Origin: the human T2T-CHM13v2.0 reference genome, Homo sapiens | NCBI RefSeq assembly: GCF_009914755.1 | Contig: NC_060931.1 | DNA: 64,000 nucleotides | Direction: 5' to 3' (one strand) | Part shown: positions 17,030-31,604 of the stretch, in pieces | How positions within the stretch are numbered: the stretch's first letter is position 1 | How the letters are laid out: each line of letters opens with the position of its first letter | Notes under the pieces: generated by a model | Databases searched by the model: none | The model's input: the letters and a program-made list of their open reading frames with translations, nothing else | Told to the model about the DNA's origin: nothing | Translations under genes and position numbers: made by a program

Positions 17030-18434
17030 TCACTTCTTTACCCCATTTTCCACACTCCTGTTTCTCAATGAAACACATCAACAGAAAGTGTGGTCACATG
17101 ATCCATGAGGTCAATCAAAAGCATCAGAGTTCACCTGTTGATATTGAATAAGTGATTCAGCCAGGTAAATAAGTGATTTCAGCCAGGTGAATAAGAGGAG
17201 ACAATGCTGTCTTTTTAAAAGTAGTTTTATCTTTCATTATCATAAATAAAAATATATATTCACTGGAATAAATACAGCAAATAATTATTGATTTTTTATA
17301 ATTGCTGTATACTTTCATTATTATACTTTCCTGAAGGTAAGTAAGTATAATAAAAAAAAGAAAGAAAGAATTCCCCACCATGCCACTACAAAATGATAGT
17401 CTCAGTCACCATTTTGGTAAATATATTTTTTCAGACATTTTTCCATGTAATTTTGAAAACATGTAGGGAGTAGACTAAAAAATACAGGCAAGTATACCTA
17501 TTATTTATTTTTCCCTTTTTTTGTGCTGTAATATTTATTTTTAAGTATTTTACTAACATTTTAAATTTATTTTTAGTTTGCTTTGTTTATCCTGGGTCAA
17601 TTATTATTTTTCACTTACTTTATGATTATTACTGAGGATACTTTTATTGTGTAGAGCAAATACATTAAAAATGGCCCACTCCTGATGTTAAATATGCCAC
17701 TAATATACAATGTATTCTCATTGGTCTGGCTACTTCTGCTCAAAATTATATTCATAATATCCTATAATGCTGGTGTTGTGTGTGCCATTTCATTCTATTG
17801 TTAAGTAGGAGTTCATTGTTGAATCAACCACATTTTTATCCTACATTTAATATTTTGATAACTATTTCTGAAGGATGAAGAGGAAGGTGGAAGAAGAGTC
17901 TTTACTACCTATTGTGCACTTGTTTGCCGTACATTGTGCTTAGCAGTTGTCCCCACAAAGGACCTATGAAAGAGACTCTATTGTTAGCCCATATTTTAAA
18001 ATGAGGTAACTGAGGCACAGAACACATAAAAGATTCGTACAACATTATATTGCTAAAAGTGACTTATCCTGGATAACATATACTGCATTAGTTCAGGGTC
18101 CCAAAGTGTGACAACCATAAAATATTCCCTCTTTAGTCATCTTCAAAAGTGTGTGAAATTGTTTGCTTCTACATTGACCACCACTGCAGTAATAAATGAT
18201 GAAATTTCCAACCACCAGGTTTGTAAAATCAAACCTTACATTGATAGCAAAAATCATAATTCTAATCTGTACAGTGAAGCTCCATTTTGAGCATACAATT
18301 TCTGTAGTACTTTAGTCTTTTTCCTTTACTCTTTTTATTTTCTTTAGGGTATTAAACAATTTCTACAAGTTTATTCTTCTTTAAAATTCCAGAGGCAGGG
18401 GACTCCACAGTTAGTTCAATACTGATATCTAAAC

Positions 18435-18628
18435 TAGGGTTGCCAGATTTAGTAAATAAAAATAGAAGGATATCCAGTTAAATTTGACTTTTAGATAAAC
18501 AACAAACAATTTTTTAGGATGTGTATTCCTCATGAAACAGTTGAGAAAACAAATACTAGAGGTATTATTTGCTTTCCATCTTAAATTCAAACTTAATTGA
18601 GTGTCCTGTATTTTATCTGGCAAGCCTA
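18435..18628. mobile_element. MER53 hAT MITE (palindromic) with 8-bp TSD
   Basis: TIRs TAGGGTTGCCAGAT / ATCTGGCAAGCCTA; 194 bp; TSD ATCTAAAC at 18427-18434 and 18629-18636. Confidence 0.85.
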
Positions 18629-21600
18629 ATCTAAACTAAAGCAATATAGTTTTAGAGACTCTCCCCCGATGAAAGATAATCTTTTGTGTCCCAAGCAAAT
18701 AGAAACATAAGACATTATCTCAAATGTTGCTTACTGAGTTTGTTCGTATAAAAAGAACATCTAAAATGTACAATTAAAAATGTTTACTTCCATCCGCCAG
18801 AAATTGTTCTTATTAATCCCCCTTCCAAATACTTTGAGAAGAGAAAACAAACTAAAAAACAAAACAAAAAAATAAGGCACCAATCATAGAATGTATAAGG
18901 TACCCTAAAGTAAACAGGGTCCGTATTTCCTCCAAGAAAGGGTGCCCTTATGGAAGTAAGGACTCTATAAACATGGGCCAAACTTAAAAATAGTTAAGGA
19001 GAACCCCTCTTCTCTCACCTCTGTCCCACTTGCCTTTTTCCACCATATTGAAATCTTGAAATAAATCTGAAGACAGTAGCTATGAAAAACCAATACAATT
19101 ACTTGCAAGTGGCTATCATGAACTACCCAGAATAAAGAGTTCCTTCTTTTTGTAAGCATAAAACTAGTAAAGATGTTAAAAGAAAGCAATTTGAGACCGT
19201 CTTCCTCTTCAGCTAAATGTTAGACAAGGACATGAAGAGTGGTTAGCTCCCTTCTGACACTAACACCGAACCCCTGCCCTTCAGAATGATGATAATGCTC
19301 TGCTGGATGGCACAGTTACTCAGTGTTGGCATGCCACTCGATGCAGTCTATTTAAAACGTTTTTAGGAGCTTGGATTTTCCCTTCCCTGTAATTTAGAAG
19401 GCAGAACAGAGAGGCAGTTTGCTCTTAAAACAATGCAATTGTGAGCTCCTGAGCCATTGTCAGACTGACTTGTTTTCCATGGAAAGTAACTCCCTTGATG
19501 TATGCCAGAGATCTGTACCCCCAGATTAATGAGAGAGGGCTCACATAACTTGTGCTTAGTTCTGGAACTTTAAAAAGAGTGAAGTGATTGTAATGGAAAG
19601 AATAAAGGAAGGGACCTAAGTGGCAGCAGGAGACTTGGGTCTGGTTCCCTTTTTTCAATCTTGCTACACACTAGGGTGTGGCCTTTGGTAAATTACTTAT
19701 CATCTTGGAACTGCAGTGTCTTCTTCCTTAAAGTACTGAGGTTTGACTACATTATTGTACAGATCTTTTTGAAACTAGAAGTCTATGGCATTTTACATTA
19801 GCTTGTGGTTTCCCTCAGGATTCTTGTGTTTTGTTCAATTCTTCCAGCTCTGCCACTGCTTGAGCAATCATCATAAATCACGGGGCTCACTGGCTCTCTA
19901 AAAACTCTTTTAGAAATCTTTATGAAACAAGTCAGCCTAAGAAATATCAAGGACTGCTGCCTTCAAAGGCTTCTGGGAAGTAAGGTATGGATGTATAATT
20001 CTTAAAAGACAAAAATAAAAACAACCATGAAAGTACTGAAGAATAAGGGAAAAAAGAAAGAAAGAGGAAGGATATCAGAGGGAAATATTTAGATAATTTT
20101 TTAAAACGATGAGTATGAGAAAAATATAGAGGAGCGTTATATCAGGACAGGGTTAGAACAAGACACTGTTTTCAAAGAGGGGTAAAGATGTTTCAGGAAA
20201 AGAGTGGAAGAGATTGCACCCACAGGAAGAAATAAGTTCAGGCATTCACTCTTCCGGTGAACAGAAGGGCTATATACTTTCTCTAAATATTACTTAGCAA
20301 TAAGTAAAGCAGATATAGTCACATATACAGCTACCAATTTCCATCCTTGGGTTGTTGGTCTATATAACAGAAGAGGGTCAGGAAGGCAAGGTAATGAGTG
20401 GGGAGGAGTAATTGGGCAGTGGTTCTTATTATGGAATGGAAGAAATTAGTCATGTGGGAATCGGGATGCAGAGGAAATGATGGGGAAGAAGAGCAGTGAT
20501 GTGTGTCTGTATTCCCTGGGAAGACTGAGAAATGGTAACCTACTCAGGAACTCTTGACGTGTTGGAGAGAGCTCAGGATGTTGAACACTTGAAACAAGGA
20601 AATCTTTCTGAGTTATTTTCATACTTTCCATTGAAAGAACAGAAAGAATATCCAACTTAAAAGACACTTCTGTTAGATTTCATAGATTTCTTTTTCTATT
20701 GGACAGCTAATAGGTAGCTGCTTCTTCAAGCTGTATAGAGAAGTAGCTTTAGTCTGAGTCGCAGACAGCTAACACCATGATACGAAGTCCTTTCTTGAGA
20801 GAGATGCAAGCTTCGTCTGGTCATAAGAAGGATACAGATTGTGTTTTCCCTCCTCTTGCTACCCAGTAAGTCTATTTGTTTTATTTTTTATTCTCCTGAG
20901 AGTAAGAAAACATGTTATGAATTTAAAATATGTAGACACAAAATAGGAGCCTAAGGAAGTGGATGATTAAAGAGTGGAGAATAATACAGGCAGTGGAATA
21001 AAATAATGAAGAAGGTCACTGTTTTCTAAGCAGTTCTGTCTCACAAATCAGAATATAGGAGATGAATACTCCTAACTCCACGAACTTTTTACAGCTTACC
21101 TCCCTCCGTAGCCCATCATGTGAACAGACATAGTGTCCAGTCAATAGACTCTCCACTCCTGCCTTGACGAACACCATGTCAGATTGGAGAAAGACTGTCC
21201 CAAAGCCAAGCCAGTCCTCTCAACCCCATAATTCAAATGTATCTCCACTTATAATTATCCCTCACTTCTGTTTAACTTTTCAGAATTGACAGCTAGACAG
21301 TCTCACAGAAAGCCAAGCTGCATACACTCATTAAATTCCTACTTTGTGCAAGATCTGTGTAAAAAAAATTCTGAGGAAAGGAAGCTGGAAAACCTTGGAT
21401 CTAATCTCTCATTCTAACTTTAAATAAAGGCAAACATCTACCAAACCTAATTCATAGCAAAATATATAAAGAAAACTCAGAAAGGGAGTCAAAGCAGTGT
21501 TGAAAATGGAAAAAAGGAAAATGTATAACCTAGAAACAGCCAAGAGATAAATAAATAAATTCAATTTATGTACATATACAGGCACACATTATAATAGCTT

Positions 21601-23259
21601 AGCATTTGCATCTATCAGATAGGTAAAAATCGAAAACATCCAAATTGGTGAGGATAAGGCAAAATAAATCTTTTATGTATTGTTGGCTTTGAATGTCAGG
21701 CTTCATCTGATGGGGAATCACTGACGACTTCAGGATAGTAGACTTACATTGCCTACCTGATGCTTTAAAAATATAATATGGAAGTGATATGAAGGAAGAG
21801 AGGACTTAAAGGAAGGGAAGGTCTATTTGGAGGTCTTGTCAATAGATAAATGTTAGATAAAAATAACTTTCATTGGCTATTGCCCATGGATTTAGAGAAA
21901 AAGAGAAATCTAGGACCTGGTGTTAGAATAGAAAATGGAGTCCTGGAATTAAATGATGTAATTTTGTTCCTGATATTTCAGTATGGGGAATAAAAAATGT
22001 TAAACAGAAATGTGAATGTTACTTTAGAACCCTGTTGTGGAAAAACGGGGGGTTAAATTTAAGTTCTGGGTAATGTTTATTAGTGTCTTGGTCGCTGATT
22101 TTTAAACTATAGGAAACACATTTCAAAATCTATATTCTTGCCTATACATTGAAATAGAATGATCTGCCCAACATTAGCCAACAGAAATACACTTCATGAA
22201 GATAAGAACCACAGAGTATGCATGTACCATATGGGAAGAATTAAAAGAAGCTCTCTCTATCCTCCATGTTTACATTGTACAAGTTTGGTTCTAAAAGTAA
22301 AACAATACTGGAGGTTTAAATGTTGCCCATTTTATGATACAGACTTCCTTTGTTAAAAAAAAGTTTTATTCTTGTATATGCTTTCTAATTTACAAAACCC
22401 TTCTAAACACATCGACCCCCTTGAATATACCCAACCCTTTGAACTGGGAATGCTGGGTATCACAATATTGTTTCTGATAAGGGGACTTTAACTGAGAGAG
22501 CCTATGGTGTATTTACCCAAAGCCATGTGGCTGCTCCGTGGTGGAGCTGGATTAAGTGCCCAGGTCTCTTTCAATGTACTTACACTGATAGCAATAGGCC
22601 CTGAGATGCAATGATTACCAAAGAGTAGTCCCTCATAGATCCTTTCATAAACATCAAGATAAATGTAAATGTTTTATGGAAAAAAATTATTTTTTATGAT
22701 TGTATTATAAGGTCTATAATGTAACTAGCTATATACCAGTAGCCTAGTTGTTGCATATGTCCATCTCTGCAGATTCAGATGATCACCTGGAAGATCTATT
22801 TCTCTCTCTAGTGTGCCCAGCAAGGATGGCATCTAGTAGTTATGACTGCTCTCCTAGTCTGTAATAGCGGGCATAAGTCTCATCATTCTCCCATATCTTC
22901 TTTCATTTATCTATAGCTCAATATCATTTTTTTCCTCCAAGAAAGAGTGTTACTTTTCTCTATTTGGATGTGTATCATGCAACAATATCTGGAAATCTCA
23001 ACCATGGCTGTTTTTCCTATTGTAATTATCTCAAAAATTAACCATGAAGCCTTGCCACATTAGGAGCATTCTCTTTGCACATCCTGAGGTTGGATGTAGC
23101 CTATGTGACAGTTGAGATTCCACTGGAGGGATCTCTGGATGTTTCTTGAACACTTCAAGAGGAATAGTCACTTTGAAAATGATACTGCATCTTGTGTTTG
23201 AGTGTAGGGAGTGGTGAGGTGTAGGTGGAACATCCTGCAATACATATACTCTTTATCAT

Positions 23260-23670
23260 TTGCATTGGTTTGGATCTTCTGAGAAGCAAATGCTGATATA
23301 GGTTTAAATGACCATGCTAGATTTACCAGGGGAAGGAGGAGAAGACAGGGAAATCCTTTAGACAGGCATATGGATGTAACATTTTTGGAAGGTAAGAAGC
23401 AAGGGGATTGGGTAAAAAATATCTTGGCTGTTTCACAGTTCCAAGAAAGGTTTTGCCAGGTTAGTACAGAGTCTTTTAGCCAATGCCACTAGCTGGAGCA
23501 GTCCCACATTTCACTAGCATGGGCCTGTCTTGGTACCTCTGCCATTCATCAGGAGCAGCCTTATGGAAAAAAAAAGACTTTGTGGATGTGGGGGGGTAGT
23601 AGCCAGGGTCACCAGTCAACTGTGCGCACCACAGAAAGGAACGTGAGAAGTACATTTTTATGGCTACTGA
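23260..23670. mobile_element. Old ERVL-class LTR remnant
   Basis: GGATCTTCTGAGAAGCAAATGCTGA start and purine-rich body; subfamily uncertain. Confidence 0.45.
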
Positions 23671-24754
23671 AAATTGGTGTTATTCATTTCCCTGAAAAAT
23701 ATTGTTCTAAAAAATATTTGGTGTCTTAATATCATTAGTTGTTCTCAGTCTGACTGGCCATGAGATTGAAGTGAACCCTTTACTGTGCTTTATTGTTAAC
23801 AATTTAACTAGAATTATTGTGCATGTCTTGGTTAAATTTACTTTTTGTTTTTGTGTGTGTGTGTTTGTACATGTATACATAAAGATAGATCTCTAAATAA
23901 ATATAAAACATATTCTTATATTTAAATATTTACTGCATATGCTCTGTTAAAATTCAGACTTTGTATAAGAACAATCTACTAACAAGCCATATTGACATCT
24001 CTATAGAAGCAGGACTAATTGGTGGCTCATAGAGGGAGGGAAGACTTCCTGAGATCAATAGCATAATGATTACTGTTTCCTGTAGTGTTTGTTAAGAACT
24101 TTACCAATGAATTTAAAAGCAATCGATTCTTTTTATTTAATTTTCTACTTGTTTCAAAACTACAGAGAAATTTGAGTCATACTCAAAAAGGGACCCCTGG
24201 TCACTTACACAAGCAAATCTCGCTTTAAGTAAAGCTTCAGCAAGTGGTATGTGTAAATATTTAAGTGTATATCTGTAAATATCCATACTTATATTAAAAT
24301 ACAATTTAGTCATTAGTACTGGGTTTCTACTTAATAAAAGAATGCAAATGAACGCAGCACATAAATGCAGAGGAAGACCTGAATTTGATAGTTCTGTCAT
24401 AACATGTGCCCTTAGGTGTGCCATTTTAACCTTTCCAATCTTCAGTTTCTTCATTTAGAAAATAGAGATAATTGCTCACATATCTTCTTTATATTTTTTT
24501 CAGAAGAGTCAAATGAGCTGTGAGATCAAATTGGAGTGACTCTGGATATCTACATGAAAACACTAAAAACTGAAAATTATGCTATGCAAGATAAATTATC
24601 CACACAGATTATTCATGGTGTGGCAGTATTCTTTCTTCAGAGAAGTTCGACAAATCTCCTGAAAGCTGTTCTATATTGTCTTACAGTGAAAACGTATAGA
24701 ATTCATCCATGTCCATACTTTCACCTCTGGGAGAAGAGATGCCTGACTTCTTAT

Positions 24755-25830
24755 TCAATTATTTGTTCAACAAATTTTAACCAAGCATCTCTTAGACACT
24801 TGGGTATGCAATAGTGAATGAGACTGGATCAGTTAGATGAAGGCCCTGTTCTCATGAAGTTTACATTCCATGTAAGTCTTAGCTCATGTCTTAGATTGTA
24901 TTCCCAGGAAAACACACTCTGAGATGAGGATTTGTGTACAGGAAGATTTATTAATGATCAATCCATGGGAGGGAGGGAGGGACGGAGCAAGGGAAGCAAG
25001 TTTGGGCAGAGGAAAAGATTAAGCTGCGATTTAACGGCAATGAGGGCCTCAGCAAGCCCCAGAGGCAGCACTGGAGCCAGGATAGGCCTCCACACGGACC
25101 TGATATTCAATGTAGACTGCAGCTTCCATCAGCCAAGGGCTATTTCAAGTGGAGTGGGTTTATAAGGTATGATCTGTGAGCAGGAATGCTCCCACAGCTC
25201 AGGGAATGAGTGTCTAGGTCATGAAGGGCTATCTGTGTGGGGCATAATAGTATGATAAATAAACATATGCTGTGCCAGATGGTGACTGATGCCATGGAGA
25301 AACATACTGAGCAGAGACCTGAGATAACTGAAGGAGTGACGCACGCAGAGGGAGATGGGAAGGATCCGTGAAGGCCTTGAGGCAGAATGTGGTTCCTTTG
25401 TGTGTTTGAAGAACAGCACGGGATCACCAAGACTTCAGTGGTATGAACAGAGGGAAGATGTGTAAGAGGTGAGGTCAGAGAGCTGGTATGGAGGGAGAGG
25501 GGCATCAGGTAGAGGCATATACCCACCAAATATTAACCGGGTTCCTAGTATGACCAGGCCCTGAAGAACAAAATGTTGGTAAGCCAGAGTGACCAGGCTC
25601 CTGATCTCCTGGAGTTTAATTCTAGAGGGGGTGGGGACATGAGGCAGTTGATAGTAAACAAAAATGTGAAAGGTTATTTTCAGTCGTGGTCCACACTAAA
25701 AAGGGCATTTATTTTAAAATGTGTTAGAAATGAATGAGGTAGAGAAGTATCTTTAGGTTGAATGCTCCAGAAGGTATCTTTGGAAAGGCAATATTAGAAC
25801 TGAGACCTGAGTCCCATAAGGGTGACATCA
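24755..25830. mobile_element. L2 remnants with an inserted old LTR (~24888-25230)
   Basis: ATTCAATTATTTGTTCAACAAAT...GGCCCTGTTCTCATGAAGTTTACATTC (L2) and TTCCCAGGAAAACACACTCTGAGATGAGGATT (LTR16/33-like). Confidence 0.5.
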
Positions 25831-26712
25831 GAGTCTATAGTGAACAATGTAGAAACAATATACAATTTATATAAATTTACCTTTTTTCTCCCATTTCAGT
25901 TAATAGCACGTGATCTTTTGGAAAATTCAATCTGGGATAATAAACTTTAATTGTGCCAACCTCGTTAGGTGGAATCAAGATACTACTGGACTGACTCTTG
26001 AAGAGAACTGGACCACCAATTACTTGAGTTCATTTTTGATCAGAGTCTACACCTGTCTCAGCTCCTTAAAATTACGCCAGGAATACAAGGCCAGTGAATG
26101 TGCACAGAACAAGATAGATGGAATTAGTCTAATTGAGCCACCATTTGTCAATTTTTCATTAGTTTATTTAATTAGAACTTGGCGAATGAGACGAAAGCAA
26201 TCTTCTATGTGAGTCAATTAACTTCACACAGCTCCATAGTCACTGAGCAAATTTATAATCTCAACTAACATTTCAATTACATTCACCTCAAAAAAACTTA
26301 CTAATGACTGATCATGTACAAAGCACAGTGCTATGCAACAGATTTACTAAGATGATCAATATATGGTTTATGTCTCCAAGAACATTACAAGAGAATTAGA
26401 GGAGGTGATGTTTTAGAAAGAATAGAGCACGAGGCTGACTTTGATAAATATTATGGAAACACAGTGGCTAATCGTTGATTATTAAATATTATGGATGCAC
26501 AGTGGCTAATCATTGACTATTATGCCTTTGATCATGAAGAAGATAAGGCAAGTGAATTTAAGGCAATCCATCAGCAATACTAAAGTAAACTTTAAAGAGC
26601 ATACCTTTAACTAACATTAACAGCAGGTAGAAAATACAATTTTTTTACTTTTTAAAAGTTATATTATTAAAATATAATTTAATTACTTTGTATTTTTTGC
26701 ACAGATATCAAG

Positions 26713-27117
26713 TGTTATGGGTTAAATTTTGCCTCCCCACTAAAATTTAAATGTTGAAGTCCTAACCCCTAGTGCCTCAGAATCTGTCCTTTTCTAGACA
26801 TAGGATCTTTACCAAGTTAAAATGAGGTCATTGGAATGGGACCTAAACCAATATGACTGGTGTCCTTATGTAAAGGGCAAATTTGGAGACAGACTCTCAT
26901 ACAGGAAGAACACCAGATGAACATCAACACCACTATCTACAAGCCAAAGAGAGAAGCCCAGAACAGATCCTTCTCTCATAGCTCTCAGAAGGAACTAATC
27001 CTGGCAACACCTTGATTTTGAGCTTCTGGCCTTCAGAGCTGTGAGATCACATTTTTCTGCTGTTTAAGCCACCCAATTTGTGATTCTCTGTTCCTGAAGC
27101 TCTAGCAAACAAATACA
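26713..27117 (+). mobile_element. MaLR MLT1 solo LTR
   Basis: TGTTATGGGTTAAATTTTGCCTCCCC...GAAGTCCTAACCCC...TGTTTAAGCCACCCA...CTAGCAAACAAATACA. Confidence 0.85.
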
Positions 27118-28741
27118 CTGTTTAAATATGCTCCCAGCTACTATCTAAAGGCAAGAAGGACTATTAGCTAATGCAGTGATTAATCCAGGCTTATATATCT
27201 ATCTAGCTCACATGGAAATGAGAGACTCAAAAAGGTTAATTTTAAAGATGACTAAAGTTTATCTCTTCAAGTACTGTCCTTTTCTTAACTAAGGATATTA
27301 ATATTAAATGTATATGAGCTTTTTTGCCCTCTTAAAGAGTGTACTTAGCATAATCAGCCTTGGGATTATCAGGATGACTCAAAGTATTTTGCCAACTTGT
27401 AATATATATAAACGACTAAAAGGCCACCAGGGCAAGAATGATTGTGTGCTCTGGCTACGGCCCCAGAGAGCTCTGCTTCCTGAGTTGTTGGGATGACTTT
27501 TTGTTATTGATATTTTTATTCTTTTTTTTTTTTAACTCTTTTCAGGACTCTACTTGTCCATTCTCCTTATTGTCTGTATGTCTGCTTCCAACAGTTCCTT
27601 ACTCCTTATAATTGGATGCAGTTAATTGTCTACTGGTTGAGAAATCAGATAATAGAGTCTGTAAGAGTTTTATATAAAATAAGAAAAAAAATGAATGTGT
27701 GTACGTGTCTGAGGAATTCCCTCACAAAACATATTTTATGGTATTTTTTAATATCTATTTTTAAAGCTCAGGAGATGTCTGTTTGCTTGTTTGCTTTTCC
27801 GGGTTTATAGATGTGTTCTGAGTGTTGCATTTGCTGGAAGTCTGTCTTCTGACTAAGCGGGATATTGCTTTATTTTAGTACTGAAACATAAGATCAGCCA
27901 GTGTCCTGTTCCCACAAGTATGCTAATCATCAGACTGCATGTCTCAGTACACTGAAGGTTTGGGATGATCTTGTTCATAGAATACAACTCTGACTTATAA
28001 TCACTCAACTTTGGGACAAATTGTGAGGAAAAGAACAGTAGCCAAATTTGAAGATAGCTATCCTTTATTCTCTAATCAGATCATCTGAAAGACTTATTGA
28101 TGTACATTCTCTCATGAAGAACTTGTGTGCTGTGGTACAAATTCTTTAAAACCTTATCCCAAGACAATGGTGGGCAGAACCCTGATTTTCTGATATTTGT
28201 CTTGATCCAGCTCGAGTTCCACCCATGCACCTGCTGACCCTTCCCTGTTTGCTCTGCTGATCTTCCTTTTGTCTCCCTAGCTTCCTGTCCCTTCTATGAT
28301 CTCCCCCTAGGCAGTCAGCCTTGCCCACAACTTCAGTTACCACCTAGGAGCAAACGAATCACAAGGTCATACATCTAGCTTAGACCTCTATTTTGAGCTC
28401 CGGGTCTGTATTTGCAACTCTCTAGTTGACACTCCTTCTTAATGTTCCCAAAAGTCTTTCAAATTCAATGTGTCCAACATGAGACCTCCTCTGAGAGCTT
28501 TGTTCTCTTCCAGGATTCTCAGTGAATGGTATGACCACTTCAGGTTGCAGGGTGTTATCCTCAAATCTCTCTTCCTCCAACCATAACAAATCTACACCAG
28601 ATTTCATAAAATTCAACTCATAAAATACTTTGGAAGTCACCCCTTTATTCCTACCATTATGCCAGCAAAGTTAATCGAACTTTCCTACCATTATGCCATT
28701 ATCTGTTAATCGAACTTACACTATGGCCATGTGGATCTATA

Positions 28742-29142
28742 TTTTTTTTAACTTTAAGTTCCAGGATACAAGTGCAGAACGTGCAGGTTTGTTACATAGG
28801 TATATGTGTGCCATGGTGGTTTGCTGCAACTATCAACCAGTCATCATGGTTTTAAGCCCCGCATACGTTAGCTCTGTGTCCTAATGCTCTCCCTCTTCTC
28901 ACCCCCACCCCCAACAGGCCCCGGTATGTGTTGTTCCCCACCCTGTGTCCATGTATTCTCGTTGTTCGACTCCCACTTATGAGAGAACATGCAGTGTTTG
29001 GTTTTCTGTTCATGTGTTAATTTGCTGAGGATGATGGCTTCCAGCTTCATCCATGTCCCTGCAAAGAACATGATCTCACTCCTTTTTATAACTGCATAGT
29101 ATTCCATGCTGTATATGTACCACATTTTCTTTATCGAATCTA
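28742..29142 (-). mobile_element. 5'-truncated L1PA 3' end inserted in L2 sequence
   Basis: Antisense ORF2 C-terminus (MEYYAVIK...WMKLEAIILSKL) plus 3' UTR and T-tail; degenerate TSD ATGT(G/T)GATCTAT on both sides. Confidence 0.88.
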
Positions 29143-29169
29143 CATGTTGATCTATTTATATTTGCTCTT

Positions 29170-29790
29170 GCCTTCCTCCAACCCAATTTCCCTGCTGTAG
29201 TCAGAACATTTTTTTGAAACTCATTTGATTATAGTTATTCATTCCCATGCCCGTGTAAACCCTCCTATAGGTTCCCACCAATTTCAATAAAAAGATAGTA
29301 TTTCTAAACATGGCTAGAGAACTTTGCATGGCCTCCCTCTTCCATACCTGCCTGACCCATTCCTTTTCATGAAAAATATCCCACAAATCTTCTTCCTTCG
29401 TCTTTCTGGGTCCTTCATAGTTTTTGTCTACTTTCCATCCTCCTACTGCCACAGAACACTTGACCTGCTGTTCCCTTTTTGTAGCAAACATTTCTTTCCA
29501 GTCTTCACCTGATTAATTCCTTCTCATCTTTGAGATGTTAATTTAGGCTTCACTTCCCCAGGCAAGCCTTCTCTTACAGAGGAGACTCAAATCTCCCTAC
29601 TGTATACTCAAAACAATGTGACTTCCTTCCATTATATTTTTGTAGTTGTAATTTTCCTTTGAATTTGTGTGATTATTGGCTGAATATTTGTCTCCTCCAC
29701 TATACTGTACGTTCTATCTTTGTTTACTATTTTATCCGAAGTGTTTTGTTTAGAATCAAGGATATTATAGTTGCTAAAGGAATAAATGAA
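29170..29790. mobile_element. L2 remnant
   Basis: CACTTCCCCAGGCAAGCCTTC, TGTCTCCTCCACTATACTGTA; pyrimidine-rich L2-like sequence. Confidence 0.5.
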
Positions 29791-31604
29791 AATACTGAGA
29801 TTGCAGTGATTCACAGACTACCTGGGCTCCTAAGCATTGTCCCCAGGGTTACAATGAAAATTATAAGAATAATTTTGGTTAGGGTGTAAAGAGAGTGGCA
29901 AAAATGTGAATAGAATAATTTTATAGGTAAGAAATAAGTTAGATCCTTAGCTGGAAGTCTAGAGTTGGGTTTATAAAAATTTTAATACTGGTTGCAATGT
30001 CTGCCATGTTTTTCAAAAGCAATATTAACATATAAAGAAATGGATATGATTAGACAATAAATAGGGCAAGGAAAGCACCAGGCATTTTTTAGAGCTAGGA
30101 TCCATGTCTGCATTTGGTTCAGGGTGGTGCATCACCTTCTTGGGATCTGTATTAAACCTATCTGTAATTTTTTACACTATCGCTTTTCTTCTGCCTGAAA
30201 TATTTTCCCCCAGGAATTTAGCATCACTCACTTATTACCATCACTCAGGTCTCTGCTACAATTTCAGATCCTAGTATCATACCTCCCTTGATTATAAGTC
30301 AGAATAGAATACATTATTCTGTGATAGGAAAAGCAAATACCTGTGTCAGAAAACAACAAAGTTTTATTCACATTTCCACTATGTTGTTTCCATGGTGGTT
30401 GCAGGAATAATTCAGGGATTCAAGCTACCATCTTAAATATTGCTGTTGCTGTACGGAAGAGAAAAGAGAGCTTGAGAAGCTCTCATGCTGGTAATTAGAT
30501 GCTCAACTTGGAGTCACATCAACGTGCCACTCACATCTCACAAGGAAAACTATTCACATGGCCCTATCTCACCACAACTGCAATCTGCAATCTTACCTTG
30601 TACCTGCAAAGAGGGAGAACTATGAATATTTGGAAAAAAAGCATAATATATAACAACTTAGAATAGTTTCTTTATTTACTTTTACATTTTATAGTAAATA
30701 TTATTTTTTGACATTATTACATCATATTACATTATATATTTTTGATGTTATTCACCTTCTGCCTCTGCCCACAAGAGGCCTATGTAAGCAAGACTTTGTC
30801 TTAGTCAGCCTTTATCTCTAGCATGTAGAATCATACATGGTATCTGTAAAGCTGTAAATCAATATTGTTTACTAAGTGAATGAGTGAATAAATCGTGATG
30901 GCCTATTTTGGCTCATACCTTCATCTATCCAACCCTTCTAGTAGTGAGCTCAGTTTGCTTTATTCTAAGTCAAGATCCTTACTCAACAGTAAAGATAGAT
31001 TATAAGCAAAGGCAGGGACTGAGACCAGCACATGCGGAGACACAGAAAAGGCAACTCCAACTTGGAAATTTCACAGAACCTGCATGTGAAGTGCAGCATT
31101 GGGTCAAAAATCATCTAACATTTTGGCTCCAGCTGGGTTTGGCAAAGCTCAGATGAAGGGACTTGATTTTGCGGCAAGAACTACTTTAAAGTGGAGGCAA
31201 CTTTATATTTTTTTCTCAGGTTACAATCAGCATAATCACTCCCCACATCTCGGTGATCTTGGCAGAAGTTTAGTCCACAGAATAAGTGACCATCTAGGTC
31301 TATTCTGATAATCTATGAAAGAATGTGTCCTGTCCACTCTCCAAGGTACTGACTCAAAACTAGAAATAATGGCTGAACTGTCCCAAGTGCTGAATTTTTA
31401 GTATCAATAAACTGCTTCCTCAAAACTTTTGCATTCCTCCTGCCCCATCCTAGGATGGTTATTGTAACAACTATACTTGACTGAGACATTTGGGAAAATA
31501 CTTGGCACAATTATATTATCACTAACATAAGGTACCCACGTGGAAATTTGGATAAATAGCATACAGTACCTAAATTATTTTCTATGATCATGGGAGAAAC
31601 TTCG

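Noticed and set aside
18435-18628. miR-1302-family gene
   Set aside because: The mature miRNA sequence is not recognisable in this MER53 copy
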